Source of the DNA: Squalus acanthias
Lineage: Eukaryota
Length of the DNA stretch: 64,000 nucleotides
Direction of reading: 5' to 3'
NCBI GenBank assembly: GCA_030390025.1
Contig: CM059432.1
Location: forward strand, 125,054,001-125,118,000
This document shows positions 25,253-37,509 of this stretch, piece after piece; the first letter of the stretch is position 1, and the number at the start of each line of letters is the position of its first letter. The translations under genes and the position numbers were made by a program. The notes under the pieces are model-generated. The model was not told the DNA's origin, searched no databases, and saw nothing but the letters and a program-made list of their open reading frames with translations.

Positions 25253-26545
25253 TAAGCATGGTCTTGAGTGTCCCAAACTGGTAACCAGAGGGCTCAGTTT
25301 TTTTCTCAGAAGTGAAGTTTTTGGGCTATTCAGAGGGTGGGAGCTTCGTTTGGTTCAGCCAGGCGAAGGGGCTTATGCGACTGGGTAATTCGTTGGTAGG
25401 GGTGGAATTAGAGTCCACCATAGCAACAAGGGAACTACTGCTGGTCATAGTCCCCAGTTGGGTACTGTATGTATGTTGTTTGTAACCTGGATTTTATTCT
25501 CCACAGAGACAGTGATTTCGTTTAGTAGTGCATGTTTTAGCCAGTGTATGTTAGCTCAAATAAATATAAGTACGATTTTTCACCAAAGCATTCCTGTCCG
25601 TGACTTATTTCATTTATACTCTGAATAATTCCCGGGTATAGAACTTTCGTAAGGCGGGGGAAATTCGAACCGTCCGTCTAGCAATTGGGTGAGGATCAAA
25701 ACCGTTTACATCAGTCACCTGTTTTATGCATTTGTGGGCCACCAACAGAGATCCTGCAAATGTCTCTGGCAGAGCCCTGAAAGGACGTTGAGGGTGGTGG
25801 TGACTTTGGCAGCCACTGGGAAAGCGAGTGCGTCCACCAGGTCCACTTGGCAGGTCTTGTTCCAGCAGGCTGCAAAAGTTGGTCACCACCTGACGTGACA
25901 CCCTTAGCCTCCCGAGACACTGGCGTTCTGACATGTTGAGGAAACTGATCCTCTGCCTGTACAGCAGCGTTGGGGGTATGGCCTCCTGCGAGCTGCAGCT
26001 CTCTGCTCATTCCTTCTCCTGTGGCACGGCCGGTCTGTGAGGAGCAGGCTGTTGATCATCTTGGTCCTCATCGGAGGTCCAAAGTAAAACAGCATAAGCG
26101 CCACCTATGCCAATCTGATTGGTCTCTACTCTGGGACGGTGATCGGATATACAAACCTCCAAAGTTGCAAAAGTCACCTCTCAGCACAAGTACTGTGAAC
26201 AAAGCCTTTCATACAATCAGGCAAGAAAGCAGCTGTGACGTTTCAGTACTTCTTGCCATATTTCCCGGTCATGGCTTCAGTCCCCTCAATTGCTGCTATG
26301 TTCTCTCCTTGCTTTTACTAGCAAGTTCCAGGAAGCTTGGGAAATTCCAAAAGCTATGTTAATATTGCTGTAATTAACATTGAAATTGACAACCCACTTC
26401 ACCAGAGGGGGTTGCTCCCACATAGCTTAAGTCACTGCAGTTAAATACAGAAGTCAGTAGGTTGGAGCTGGCTTGCTGATGTGCTGTCAATTTCAATGCT
26501 TGTAACTCCCCATCTGTTCCTGCAAGTTAAAATTCACCTCAACAA

Positions 26546-26572
26546 TTCAGGTCAATGACCTTTCATCAGAAC
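26546..26572 (-). mobile_element. Tiny family-A hammerhead fragment
   Basis: Minus strand reads GTT-CTGATGA-AAGGTCATTGACCT-GAA. Confidence 0.6.
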
Positions 26573-26602
26573 CTTGATTATATGTTCACCCTTGTGTATA
26601 TA

Positions 26603-27486
26603 GGGGGAAAAATTCAGTATCGCCCCATTTGGGGCGCAATTATCAGCCGGGCACAAAGATTAGCACCTGGCGCTAATTATCATCTCTGACTGCAAACTTG
26701 ACTTATCGCCCCTGTAGGTGATTGGTGCGCTAAATCAGGCGCTACACATCTGTCTTAAGATGCAAAGGCCGAGGAGCGAGGCGCTAACTCAGAGCGCTGG
26801 CGAAGCTCATGTGATGTCAGTCAGCAATGGAACACAGACACAATGGCGCCAGCCAGTTCTTAAGGGGAGGGCTGATCTTGCTTTCCATCCACATCCTGCT
26901 CATTGCAGCCTTGAATCTCGGCCTGGAGAGACCCGTGCATCAAATCTGCTGGAAAGAACAATGGAGAGTACCAGGGAAAGAGCACAGAGTGCAACCCCCA
27001 CAGTCTCTTCTAAATCGATCCAAGGAAGGGCAAATCAAAATGAACCTGCAAAGTGCTGCTCAGTACCCAAAACTCCTTCACACAGCGTTGAATCTCTCCA
27101 GAAGTCTCTCTCTCTCTCTCTCTCTCTGAATGCGTGGTTCAAAAATGTCACCAACAAAAAAAGGCAGGAAGTGGACGCCTTTAAAGAGCGCTCCCCCAGT
27201 CCCTTCCTGACTGCAAAATGCTCCCCTCAACCTGTCGTTGCTAGCAGTAGGCGGTAAAGCAGGGGGCGCCGCTCAATATCCGCTCCGGGGCGCTGCGCAC
27301 TCGACTGATGTCACGATCTGCTGGCGCAGGAGATCGTGGCGGTAGTGTTTAGCACCGCCGCAAGATGTCTAGTTAATTTTGCGAGCGGCGCAAACATCGC
27401 CGCGCCCGGGCGCTAGTTGCTTTGCGCCCCATTAGCGCCCTCTTAAGGCGCCAATGGGAGGCACAACCAACTGAATTTTTTCCCCC
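26603..27486. mobile_element. Non-autonomous TIR element (Harbinger-like MITE)
   Basis: TIRs GGGGGAAAAATTCAGT / ACTGAATTTTTTCCCCC, 3-bp TSD ATA, and GCGCC-rich subterminal repeats. Confidence 0.8.
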
Positions 27487-28409
27487 ATAGTGTTTAAAAA
27501 AAAATAAAACCCAGGATATGGAGGAACAGGTCACAGGATACAGGTACTTGCATAGCAGCAGCATGGAGAGCTGTCTAGAGGTCTAGCAGGAGCAGACTAT
27601 GAGGAGGGTAATGACATGTGGGAGGTGTGGAAGGGTGTTAGGATTGGAGGTTCTGCGTGTGAGAAGTCATGTGACAGGATGTCAGCATGGCGGATGGGAG
27701 TTCTCAATTGCAGTAGTGCTCAGGTAGGATAGTGGAAGCTGGGGGGGGAGGGGGGGGGGGGGGGGGGGGAGAGAAAGGGGTGTACGGAGGTCAAGGGATC
27801 AGAAAATAAAAGCCTAGCAAGTAGAAGCACTAAGTAGGTGATCCTAGACTGGGAACGGTGTAAGAGGGTAGCAGAGCTACTGCTGAGAAAGGCACAATAA
27901 AAGAGTTCTGCCAGGAGCAGGTCAGCAGATTTGATGCTTGGGGCAAAGGGAATTAGGAAAGGGAGAGAAAGGAAGTCACAGGTGCTTAGAGTTTGTTTGG
28001 GTGGATGGGGCGGTGGAGAGAGGAGGACAAGACAGGGGGAGGAAAGAGAAAAATAGAAAGCCAAGAATACTTCCCCAGATGTTCAAGGCAAAAGTCTTCC
28101 CCAGCAGTGAGCTGGAGAGCCTACAATTCAAAAAGACTGAATTGTGCTAGCTGGAAGAGAACACTACATTTCTTACAAGGGCTGGTAGTAAACAGAGCTG
28201 GGGAGCACTCAAATTAGAAAGTGTAGTGATATAGTTTAGACAGACAGGAATGATGCAAATAGCATGACAGGAAGCATATGCATACACGCCACTCATTTGT
28301 AAATGTGGAAGACAACTACATTTTGTAGAAGATAGAAGTTTTCACAAAAACAAAACTGCACCATTTGAAGGCAGTGAAGAAAATGCATTCACACCATTTA
28401 AACAAAAAG

Positions 28410-28485
28410 TTTATTAAGCATGTGATAGATTAAAATCCACTTAAAAAACACTAATTTATAGATACATTTATAAAAACTATATACA
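28410..28485 (-). promoter_or_regulatory. FBXO43 3'-UTR end: AATAAA hexamer with two CPEs and a Pumilio element
   Basis: Minus strand has TGTATATA (28485-28478), TTTTTAT (28476-28470), TTTTAAT (28435-28429) and AATAAA (28415-28410), followed by a U/GU-rich stretch. Confidence 0.7.
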
Positions 28486-29201
28486 TTCAAAGCTATCAGG
28501 AATCTACACATACCTGCTGCCTTGAATTTGGGGACAGCCAACAATTTTAACAGTTCTTCATAAACATCTGAAACAATGGAGGAAAATTAGATTTCAAAGT
28601 CTGTGGTCTCCATTTATTCAGTGTCCAAATCAACTAGAATTTTTTTGAAAAAGAGAATGGGGAGGAGGGAGTAAGAGGGGAAAAAAAATGTTTGCAAGTT
28701 TTCTACCCCCTTCATTTAGTCTAAGACAGCAAGAAACTGGAAACATTGGGCCAGTGGGTTGTTGACGCTCTGGTTTTTAATCCTAGGGTCATTGATCTTG
28801 GATTGCCTTATTTAACTGTGTTCAAGAAATCTTAAAAATCGCACAACGATTTTGAAGCAGGTTTTCTATCACATCTTTGAGTGTTACCAATGGTACAGCA
28901 GTGTTATTCTGAAGACCCAAGAGGAAGAAAAAAAAAACTAGATTGGCTAAAGTCAGATGTGCAATTTAAAGCCACAGAAAGGGGAGATTTTGTAATCTTG
29001 CATTACAAATTTCACCCACCCCTGCCCCATTAGCTAGCTAGCTTTGTACAAATTGAAAAATCTCAGGTAGTTTTCAAAGAATCTTTCTGAAATGTTTCTA
29101 TACAGATACACAAGCTAATAAAGCCAAGAGGTTGGTGGGGCAGGGGGAAAAGGCTCAATGGTAAAAGGCTCAAATGGTTTCATATATACACACACAAAAG
29201 T

Positions 29202-29450
29202 TTACAATCTCCTTAAATTCCGCTTGCTTTGAGCACTTCCTGGCGGTCCATCTTTACTGCCCAAACGTTTGGCAGACCCGCTGCCACATTCCTTGGAACC
29301 GTGGAAAACACAAAAGCACTGCGTGCAGAAGTCAAACGCACAACCTTCTCGACTGCAGAGGCCTCGTTTCTTCATTGGATTGTACCTGGCAGGCGACTGG
29401 CACCGTGGGCATGGTTTTAGAGCCTCATCGTTAAACAATGTTTTGGCAAC
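29202..29450 (-). CDS. FBXO43: F-box only protein 43 (Emi2/XErp1) last coding exon: zinc-binding region and RL tail
   Basis: cag| acceptor. Encodes [21 protein letters not shown]...[19 protein letters not shown]...SKRNLRRL then TAA. Confidence 0.97.
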   Translation of the reverse strand, partial: VAKTLFNDEALKPCPRCQSPARYNPMKKRGLCSREGCAFDFCTQCFCVFHGSKECGSGSAKRLGSKDGPPGSAQSKRNLRRL

Positions 29451-30061
29451 CTGGTGGTGAGAATATATATTTAAGACACTTAATTTTCTCCTTTTAACCC
29501 TCCTCCAAAGAGAACACCTTTTCTTGGGGCACAATTGCAGAGCAGAAGCTGTCTAGGATCACACCCTGAAGCACAAGCAAGCCCTGTGGCCATTACAGTC
29601 AAGCACAATACAGTCACTTCTAACAGGAGGTTAACAAGTGTAGTAGTTAGTAACAGATGCCATAGCAGATTTTTCTCCATAGCGCAGATACACAGCAATT
29701 GAAAAACTCCAAATACCAGGGATTGACCCTGAAACAGTCTTTCCCCATTTGGAGAAGAATTGCACGGCAGTGCACTGTATATCAAACCTATGTAATAGGC
29801 CTACACAGTGATTAGTAGTTTACAGGAAATAAACTGCTTGCATCACCAGCTATACAACTGGCACTTGGGTTTATTTTCGACAAACTACTGGCTCCTGACA
29901 TCACAGGTGCTCCAAAGCAGTCCAGAGTCTCTGGAAGTACTCAAGTCTAAACTGAAATACACATGGTGTTACATTTCTACTTGCTTAGCAACTGACTTTT
30001 GTAGTGTTGTCTAGATGTTGACAGTTTACAGAAAGCTCCAAGAGGTTTCCCTTCTACTTAC

Positions 30062-30247
30062 TTTTAAAAACTCCTCTCGTTTACTAGTTGACCTAGAAAC
30101 ATTGCTCCATCCACCAAGAGTGACTTCTTGCAGAGGGGAAGGAGTTGGGGTAAAGGCAACCCTCGCTTGTGCCTGAACAGATTTCAAAGCAGAACGACTT
30201 GGGAGATTACGTCTGGTTTCAGCATCTGCAGCCCAAGGAAAGCTATC
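30062..30247 (-). CDS. FBXO43: FBXO43 coding exon 4 (186 nt; D-box RSAL)
   Basis: Reads caacag|GAT...AAA|gtaagt. Encodes DSFPWAADAETRRNLPSRSALKSVQAQARV...SKREEFLK. Phase 0/0. Confidence 0.93.
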
Positions 30248-30919
30248 CTGTTGAACAAAATTTATTCAATTTCGTATCCCAGGTCAATGGTGATAAAAAT
30301 GTCAATTTCAAAACATGCAAGTTTTCTATTAGTTAAATCAAACCCTTCAGGAAATGTATAGATTTAGATTTTTGTTATTTCAACGTAGAAATTTCACACG
30401 GGATGGCTAGCTGATTCGGACAGCTGGTGTTGCAAGAGTGGGAAAATGCCAAGCTCCGACTTCTTGCACATCTCATCTCCAATTCTGACTAGGATGTTGA
30501 GAGCGATGCCAAGCAGACACCAAGTGCTTCAATTGCACACATTTCTTACTAATTAGCTCAAGAGCAGTTAAAGTCTAGAATGTCAAATACCTGCCCTTTC
30601 AGCTAGGGAAAAATGGCACCCAGTAACAGGGTAGCCTGGGAGGAGGGTGAAGAAGACAGGAGAGAAAAAGTTCAAATTCATATCTTAAATCTTATTCATT
30701 TAACTATTACATTTTATAAAAACAGTAAAACTGACCTGAATGCTTCAATAAGTCACCAATGCGAATTCCAACTAGGACTAATCACGAATGAGCAAGGTAG
30801 AGGAATGAAAAACCAAGGAATCCAATTTCCATTAAGTTCTAGAATGCATTTTACCCACCTGGTACAGACCAAGTCATCAGAAAGGATCAAAGCTCAGTTG
30901 ACAGCATACAGACAGACAT

Positions 30920-33165
30920 CATAGAATGATTCAGCACAGGAGGCCATTCGGCCCATCGTGTGTGCTGGCTCTTTGGTAGAGCTAATCAGACTCCCCTGCT
31001 CTTTCCTCATAGCGCTGTAATTTCCCCCCCCCCCCCCCTACTTCAAATATTTATCAAATTCGGTTTTGAATGTTACAACTGAATCTGCTTCCACCACCTC
31101 AGACAGAGCATTCCAGATCATAACTTTAAAAAAGTTTCATCAGGTCACCTCTGGTTCATTCGCCAATCAACTTATATCGGTGTCCTCTGGTTACTGACCC
31201 TTCTGCCACTGGAAACAGTTTCTCCTTATTTAATCTATCAAAACTCTTCAGGATTTTGAACACCTCTATCAAATCTCCTCTTACTCTTCTCCGCTCCAAG
31301 AACAAGCCCAACTTCTCCACATAACTAAACTCACCTCATCCCTGGAACCAAACTCACTCATCCCTGGAACCATTCTAGTAAATCTCTTCTGCACCCTCGC
31401 CAAGACCTTGACATCCTTCCTGAAGTGTGGTGCACAGAATTAGACAATACTTTAGCGGAGGCCTAACCAGTGTTTTATAAAGCTTTAGCAATAACGCTCT
31501 TGCTTTTCTACTCTATTTATATAACCAAGCATCCCAAATGCCTCAACAGCCTTCTCAACTTGTCCTGTTACCTTCAAAAGTTCTGTATACATACACCCAA
31601 GTCTTTGTTCTTGCATCCCCTTTAAAAATTGTACAATTTAGTTTATTCTTCATTCTTTCTACCAAAATGTATCACTTCACACTTGTCTATTACATTCCAT
31701 CTGCAATGTGTCTTCCCATTTCACCAGTCTGTAAGTCCTCCTGAAGTCTGTTACTATCCTCATTGTTTACTACATTTCAGAGTTTATCATCATCTACAAA
31801 CTTCAAAATTATGCCTTGTATACCCAGATTCAGGTCAATCTGTATATCTATACAAGAGCAGTGGTTCCAATACCAACCCTTGGGGGGGGGGGGGGGGGGG
31901 GGAGGGAGAGAAATACCACTGTATACTACCCTCCAGTCTGAAAAACAACTTTGCAGCACTACTCTGTCCCTTAGTCAATTTTGTATCCATGCTGCTACTG
32001 TCCCTTTTACCCCATAGACTTCAATTTTGCTAACAAGTCTATTCTGTGGTACTTTGTGAAACACCTTTTGAAAGTCCATATACACATCAACTGCACTACT
32101 CTCATCAACCCTCAGTTACTTCAGAGAACTATCAAGTTAGTCAAGCACGATTTGCCTTTAACAAATCTGTGCTGACTCAGTTATTAGCCCATACTTTACA
32201 AATGCCAATTAATTTTGTCCCGATTATCTAAAAGTTTCCCCACTAGACATTGGGCTTGTAGTTGCTGGGTTTAACTTTTTAAATAGAGGTGCAACATTTT
32301 CAATCCTCAAGTTCTCTGGCACCACCCTCGTATCCAAGGAGGATTTGAAGATTGTGGCCACAGCCTATGCAATTTCCATCCTTACTTCCTTCAGTAACTT
32401 GGGATGAGTCCGATCCGGACTTGGGACTTTTCTACTTTGAGGACTGCCAATCTTTTAAGTACCTCCTCTTATTTTTAATCCTATCCAATATCACTACTGT
32501 ATATATACTATGTATTAGATTCCCTCACTGTACCTCTACCTGACGAAGGGGCAGCAGCTCCGAAAGCTCGTAATTTTAAATAAAACTGTTGGACTATAAC
32601 CTGGTGTTGTGCGACTTCTCATTTTTGTCCACCCCAGTCCAACACCGGCATCTCCACATCATGACTACTGTCTCATCCTTTACTGCTACATTGCATCTGT
32701 CTTCACTAAAGGAGGATGCTGCCAAAGTACTCATTTTAGTACTTCAACTATGCCCTCCACCTCCACAAGATCTCCCAATTAGCCCTGCCCTTTTACAATT
32801 TCTGTTCATAAAAGACTTCTTGGTTCCCTTTTATGCAAGCTGCCAACCTATTCTCATACTCTTTGCCCTCTTATTCCCTTCAAGATCTTCTCTGTACTTT
32901 CTATAATCAGCTTGGTTCTCTACTGTATTATAAACCGTACAATTATCAAAGCCTCCTTTTTACCTCTATTTTTAGTCATCCAGGTCCTCCTTTTTTCTGT
33001 CTCATTTTAACCTCCAATTAATCATCCAGGGAGCTCTAGCTTTGGATGTCCTTCCTTTCCCCCTAACCCAAGGAAGTTCTAGCTTTGGATGTCCTTCCTC
33101 TTCCTCCTTCCTCATGAGAATGTGTCCACTCTGTACCCAAACCACCTCTTTGAAGGCCTCCCAAG
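30920..33165 (-). mobile_element. Degenerate CR1 LINE in FBXO43 intron 3
   Basis: Has a CR1 3' end (catagaa...ggccattcggccc) and decayed RT motifs (KFVDD, DFQK.F). Confidence 0.8.
32501..32663 (+). mobile_element. Penelope-like mini-insertion with apparently intact minimal hammerhead ribozyme (family B; core 32537-32572)
   Basis: TAC-CTGACGA-AGGGGC-AGCA-GCTCC-GAAA-GC-TC-GTA. 8-bp TSD ACTACTGT (32493-32500, 32664-32671). Confidence 0.8.
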
Positions 33166-34511
33166 GATAAAGAGAGCATTCTCAATTTTGCAAACTCTGC
33201 AGGTTTAGATTAAATAATTCTACAATTGTTGAGACCAGGAACTAATTGTTGTCTTGGAAAGTCAGCCAGTGACTAGAATTTGCCAATCTGAATCATTTAT
33301 GGCAAGTTTTTATTTTTAAATATGCATTTGGCTTTCAAATGCAAAATCTAATCAAAATAAAGATACTGTTCAATCAGATTTAAATATACAAATATAGTCT
33401 GCACACTTTCATCTTGTGTTCACAGCAAAAAAAGGCCGTTTCCATAAACAGACCAATTCTCATGCGCTTATACCTGCTGTGTTCGAGATAACGTGCCCAG
33501 GATTAACAATTACTCAGAATCGGTCAATCAAGATCGCATGGGGTGCCTACCATCTTCTGTCTTCTCCAAAAGGCAAAATATACAACACTATCAAATCAAG
33601 GGCTAAAACATAGATTTACAAAAAAAAGGCAAGACATGGCAGGTTAATTAAAGCACAATATTAAAAAATGTCAAAATACCCCTTTTAGAACACAATTCAC
33701 AGTTTAAAAATAAAAAAGATAGGACTCTTGGATGAAATGGTCTTTCATAAGCCTTCATGATATAAAGTGGTTTGTAGAATAATGGACATCAGATCACTAG
33801 ATAGAACTAAAAAGTCACTAGTATATATTTCAGACCAAAGGGGCTGGAGACAGATTGGTCATCCAAGACCAGTGACATAATTGTGCATATTATTTCACAG
33901 AATAACTGATGAGCAGGTTGCCCATTTATCCTGGGCCTATGAATACTTTGAGCAAGGACAATTTAATTAGCATCCAAGCCAAAGCCTCTGTATCTTGATT
34001 CAATGTCCAGATAAAACTAACCGAGACCCAAAGTCAAATTAATTTCCAGGCATCCATTTTGAAATTTGGCACAGTAGGACAGGTTCCATCTTAATTTAGT
34101 TGCTCGAAACTTAGTATGTTGGAGAGAGGGAGAGCTATGATGACTTGAGAAAGTTAGTGAGGCTTTAAAGTGGTCAAATCCAAATTACTGCTTTCCTTGG
34201 ATAAATTAATACGCTCACTTAGTAGAAAATTACAAAAGGAAAGCAAAAGTAGTGCTCTGTAGTCAAAAATTGGGGGGTGGGGCAGGGGAGGGAAAAAAAA
34301 AGGTAGATCCATTGATCTGGGCGCCAGCAGGTTGAAACAGCCGATGAGATCCAACCCCTCAATCCACTTCAACAAGAGTTTAGAAACCAGAGAGGAAAAA
34401 AAAAAAAGAGATTCCCTCCTCTTACCATACCCCTCCCTGTGGGCAAGTCGTTCATCTTCCCAACCAATTGTTGCTACTTCAACTTTCTAATCTTGATCTC
34501 TAGAACTTTAT

Positions 34512-35235
34512 GGGTCGGATTTTGCAGTAGGAATAACGGGCAGGGCTCAGTGCTCACCGTTATTATGGAGTAAACTGGACAGCAACTTCCAGAGTGTACA
34601 CATGCGCAGTTAAACGCAGAAATCAGGAAGTTGTTGTCCAATTTGCCCTGTTCCTGCACAAGTTTCGCTACATCAGTATCTTGCAGAGAGATTTAGCATT
34701 AAAACACATGAAGGGTGTGAAGTTGCTGTACTTACCCGCTAGACATGCCAGATAAAAAAAAGTTAGGGGTTGTCCACTAAAGTGTAAATGAAATTTTAAC
34801 GGCGTGATAATTGTTCATTACTGCCAAACAACCTCTCTAGTACTGAAAATTTACTTTTACAAGTATGGAGTCTCATTCCTTCTGATTTTAATTATTGTTG
34901 TAGATTTTAAATTAAAATTTTACCATTTCTCAGTCTTTTATCTCTCAATCTCATCTTTCTTTCCCTCTTGTTTTCTGTACATGATTTTACATTGAATTAA
35001 ATATTCTAACTTATGCATGCCTCAGCAAGGATTCTTCAATTGGATTGGTTGAAGACACATGCTATTGCCTGCCTTGTTCACACATGCCACAGATCCCCTG
35101 TAGAGGGAGACATGCTGTTCTGGACTCCCGATGACTGCAAGTTGCCGCTCAAAAGCCAATTAAATGTCTTTGGCAGCTGCAAGCGTAATGAACGGTGAGC
35201 ACAGTTTGTTTGCTGCTGACTGCAAAATCCAGGCC
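34512..35235. mobile_element. Probable MITE (Harbinger-like TIRs)
   Basis: Imperfect 17-bp TIR GGGTCGGATTTTGCAGT / ACTGCAAAATCCAGGCC. TSD unclear. Confidence 0.6.
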
Positions 35236-35579
35236 ATTAATCTTTTGGTTAAGCACAGTCCATCAACGGTTGACTTTTCCTTGTCCGAAATCATTATTCT
35301 GGTCAAATTTCACATTTAGTAACGACTCAGTTTCCTCTCTCCTACTGATCAACTCAGTAATAGAGCCCTATACTATTCTGAATAGCCTTGAAACAACTCA
35401 AGTTACACACATCTTGGATTAAATTAATTCATACTTGCCTACTGCAGAATACCTATTAAAAAAAACCAAAATTCCCTAAACAGGTCCCAGCTCATTTGGT
35501 AATGCAAAGCTAACCCCCACTTGTTTTCCCCATTACAAACCATCTCCACCAATAATTGTTACTTCCAGACTCATCTATT

Positions 35580-35885
35580 CTAATGCTATGATGGCCAGCT
35601 TCCAGAGAATGCTCATCTAACATTCAGCTGCCCAAATCCAAACCTGCACCAAGTCCCACTTTGGGAGACTGGTCCTGCAATTTACAATTCTCGTTCAAAA
35701 TAAAAACGCTTATGACGTCACCACTCCTCCATCCCTACAACTCAGATCTCTGCATTTCTCTAACTCTGGTCTCTTGTGCATTCTCTCACTCCCTTCATCC
35801 CACCATTGGCTCCAAGTTGTGGAATTCCCTCTTTAAACCGCTCTGCCCCTCCTTTCTCCTTTAAGACCCTTGTTAAAACCTCTAT
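35580..35885 (+). mobile_element. L2-type LINE 3' remnant
   Basis: tggaattccctc..taaaccgctctgcc...taagac..t..ttaaaacct, shared with 57750-58057. Confidence 0.55.
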
Positions 35886-37058
35886 CATGGCATTAGAGTT
35901 TCCTCTCAAAATTATTCTGCGTTGTATTCAGACACCTCCTTTGGCACTCTCCACCCACCATATCAACGCAAGGGTTCCCTATGGTGCTGTCCTCTACTCT
36001 ACTTCATGTGAAGGACCTCCACCCATGATCCAAGCTCACGTACTCTTGATTAATGTGGAATTAATGTGTCAGATTGGTTCAGAAACCACACGACTTCACA
36101 GCCTCCCATCAGCTCAGTGAAACAGCCGATTACCTCGTTATACTGAATTTCAGTGGAACAATTAAGATTTTCAACATCAGAGACTTTTCAACTCCAGAGA
36201 CTGTTCATTCATGTCTCCTGCAAGTCTAACCAGCAGCTTTCAACTGACTGATGAGGTAGTCAGGCCGAGAATGTTATCCTTAAGCAACGTGAATTCAAAT
36301 CTCATTTCTAAAGCTATCTGCAAGAAGCTTGGTTTCATCTTTCTTGCCAAGCACTTTTCACACCTATCCAAGATGTGAATGCTGCTTCCATTTGGGAATG
36401 GTGAAGAGGGTGTGTAAAAGAATTATATAAAAAAAGCTCAGACACCTCTCTTACACTCAACAGGGTGCAAGGAAATGCTGGTAGTTGGTGGATAAATGAC
36501 CCCATTTTGATGTACAGTTCTTTTTTCCCCCTGCCCCACCTGTATCCTAGCATTTTTATGGTACAGATTTCTGGTATATAAACAATTCCAAGTCAGAAGG
36601 ATGATGCCCTACCACTAGAGGCAAAAGATCTTGGTTTACCAGGTCCACAAAGGCAGAGTCCTTAAAATTGGTCAGAAGATTTAGTATTTGATGAGCTGTA
36701 TGCCACTGTTTAAAACATCACTAGACTGAGCGGAGATAAGGTTAAGATATACTTAAGTGCCGTGTAAAGTTTGCCTAATCTCACCATAATATTGTCAAGA
36801 TTACCAGCTCAGCATCCAGAGGGTAAGGCTGTCAAATTCTGGACACCACCATATAACTCAGCTTTTGTTCAAGACAACAAGCTTAACAAAATTTACTGAA
36901 AATTGGATCCTCAATAGAAATTACCAGAGTTTCAAAAAAAAAAGGAAAGCCACATTTACAGCATGTAGGTCATCTGCTATTAAACTGAAGCACAAACAGA
37001 TTATTTTTCCTCCAAGCTAGCTTTATAAAGTGAGGGCCCAAAAAAAGTGAAAACATAC

Positions 37059-37161
37059 CACTCTGAGGATTCGAATTTCATCCAGGTACTGCTTCCTCTT
37101 GAGACATGTCGTCTGATCTTGCTTGACAATTTTCTTCCAGACTTTGCTCACCTTCCTTATT
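37059..37161 (-). CDS. FBXO43: FBXO43 coding exon 3 (103 nt; end of F-box)
   Basis: Reads gtgtcag|A ATA AGG...GTG|gtatgt. Encodes (R)IRKVSKVWKKIVKQDQTTCLKRKQYLDEIRILRV. Phase 2/0 fits both neighbours. Confidence 0.93.
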
Positions 37162-37509
37162 CTGACACGAATACAAGCATTTCATTTGCAAAACAAAAAA
37201 AGGGAAAACCTAAATACACGTCAGGTTTAGCTCACACTGCACATCCCACAGCATAGTCAGATGACATTTAAAGCCAGGAGCCAAAGTCCAGCACTTAGAC
37301 AAGAGGAAGTCAAGATAGCAGTCATACATTTCCATACACATTCCATCAGTCTGGATGCACAAATTCTGGACACCATATCAAAGTACTTTTTAAATATGAT
37401 GAGGGTTTCTGCCTCTACCACCTTTTCAGGCAGTGAGTTCCAGACCCCCACCACCCTCTGGGTGAAAAAAGTTCTCAACTCCTGGTATACAAGAGCCATG
37501 TACATCCGT

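Larger units (their letters stand above)
22087..25710 (+). mobile_element. Solo LTR (about 1.08 kb once the Tx1 insert is removed) inside the Harbinger transposase
   Basis: TG...ACA termini and a 4-bp TSD TCAG (22083-22086, 25711-25714). Removal rejoins the transposase peptide QVTD-GMFA. AATAAA near 25559. Confidence 0.75.
20530..26540. mobile_element. Decayed PIF/Harbinger DNA transposon: Myb/SANT gene remnant (+, about 20780-21330) and transposase remnant (-, about 21450-26100), split by a solo LTR
   Basis: Transposase remnants LSMSERQCL.RLR, HKCIKQVTD|GMFA, GF.QVQGVIDCTH and TR..TEQAIGMLKM.FRCLD. Myb-like PRFSD...KAWLE...QC.KWFNNL. A 14-bp inverted repeat at 26378-26391/26485-26498. Outer ends are approximate. 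Confidence 0.8.

Noticed and set aside
27741-27770. Long G tracts (also about 31882, 38161, 47555) as functional G-quadruplexes
   Set aside because: They are simple homopolymer expansions, mostly inside decayed repeats, with no evidence of function.
29451-29534. N-terminal extension of ORF 29202-29534; likewise 44145-44161 of ORF 42623-44161
   Set aside because: Intronic read-through upstream of canonical splice acceptors.
33030-33100. Short local duplications (also about 12668-12697 and 31328-31372)
   Set aside because: Ordinary slippage or repair duplications within dead CR1 copies.
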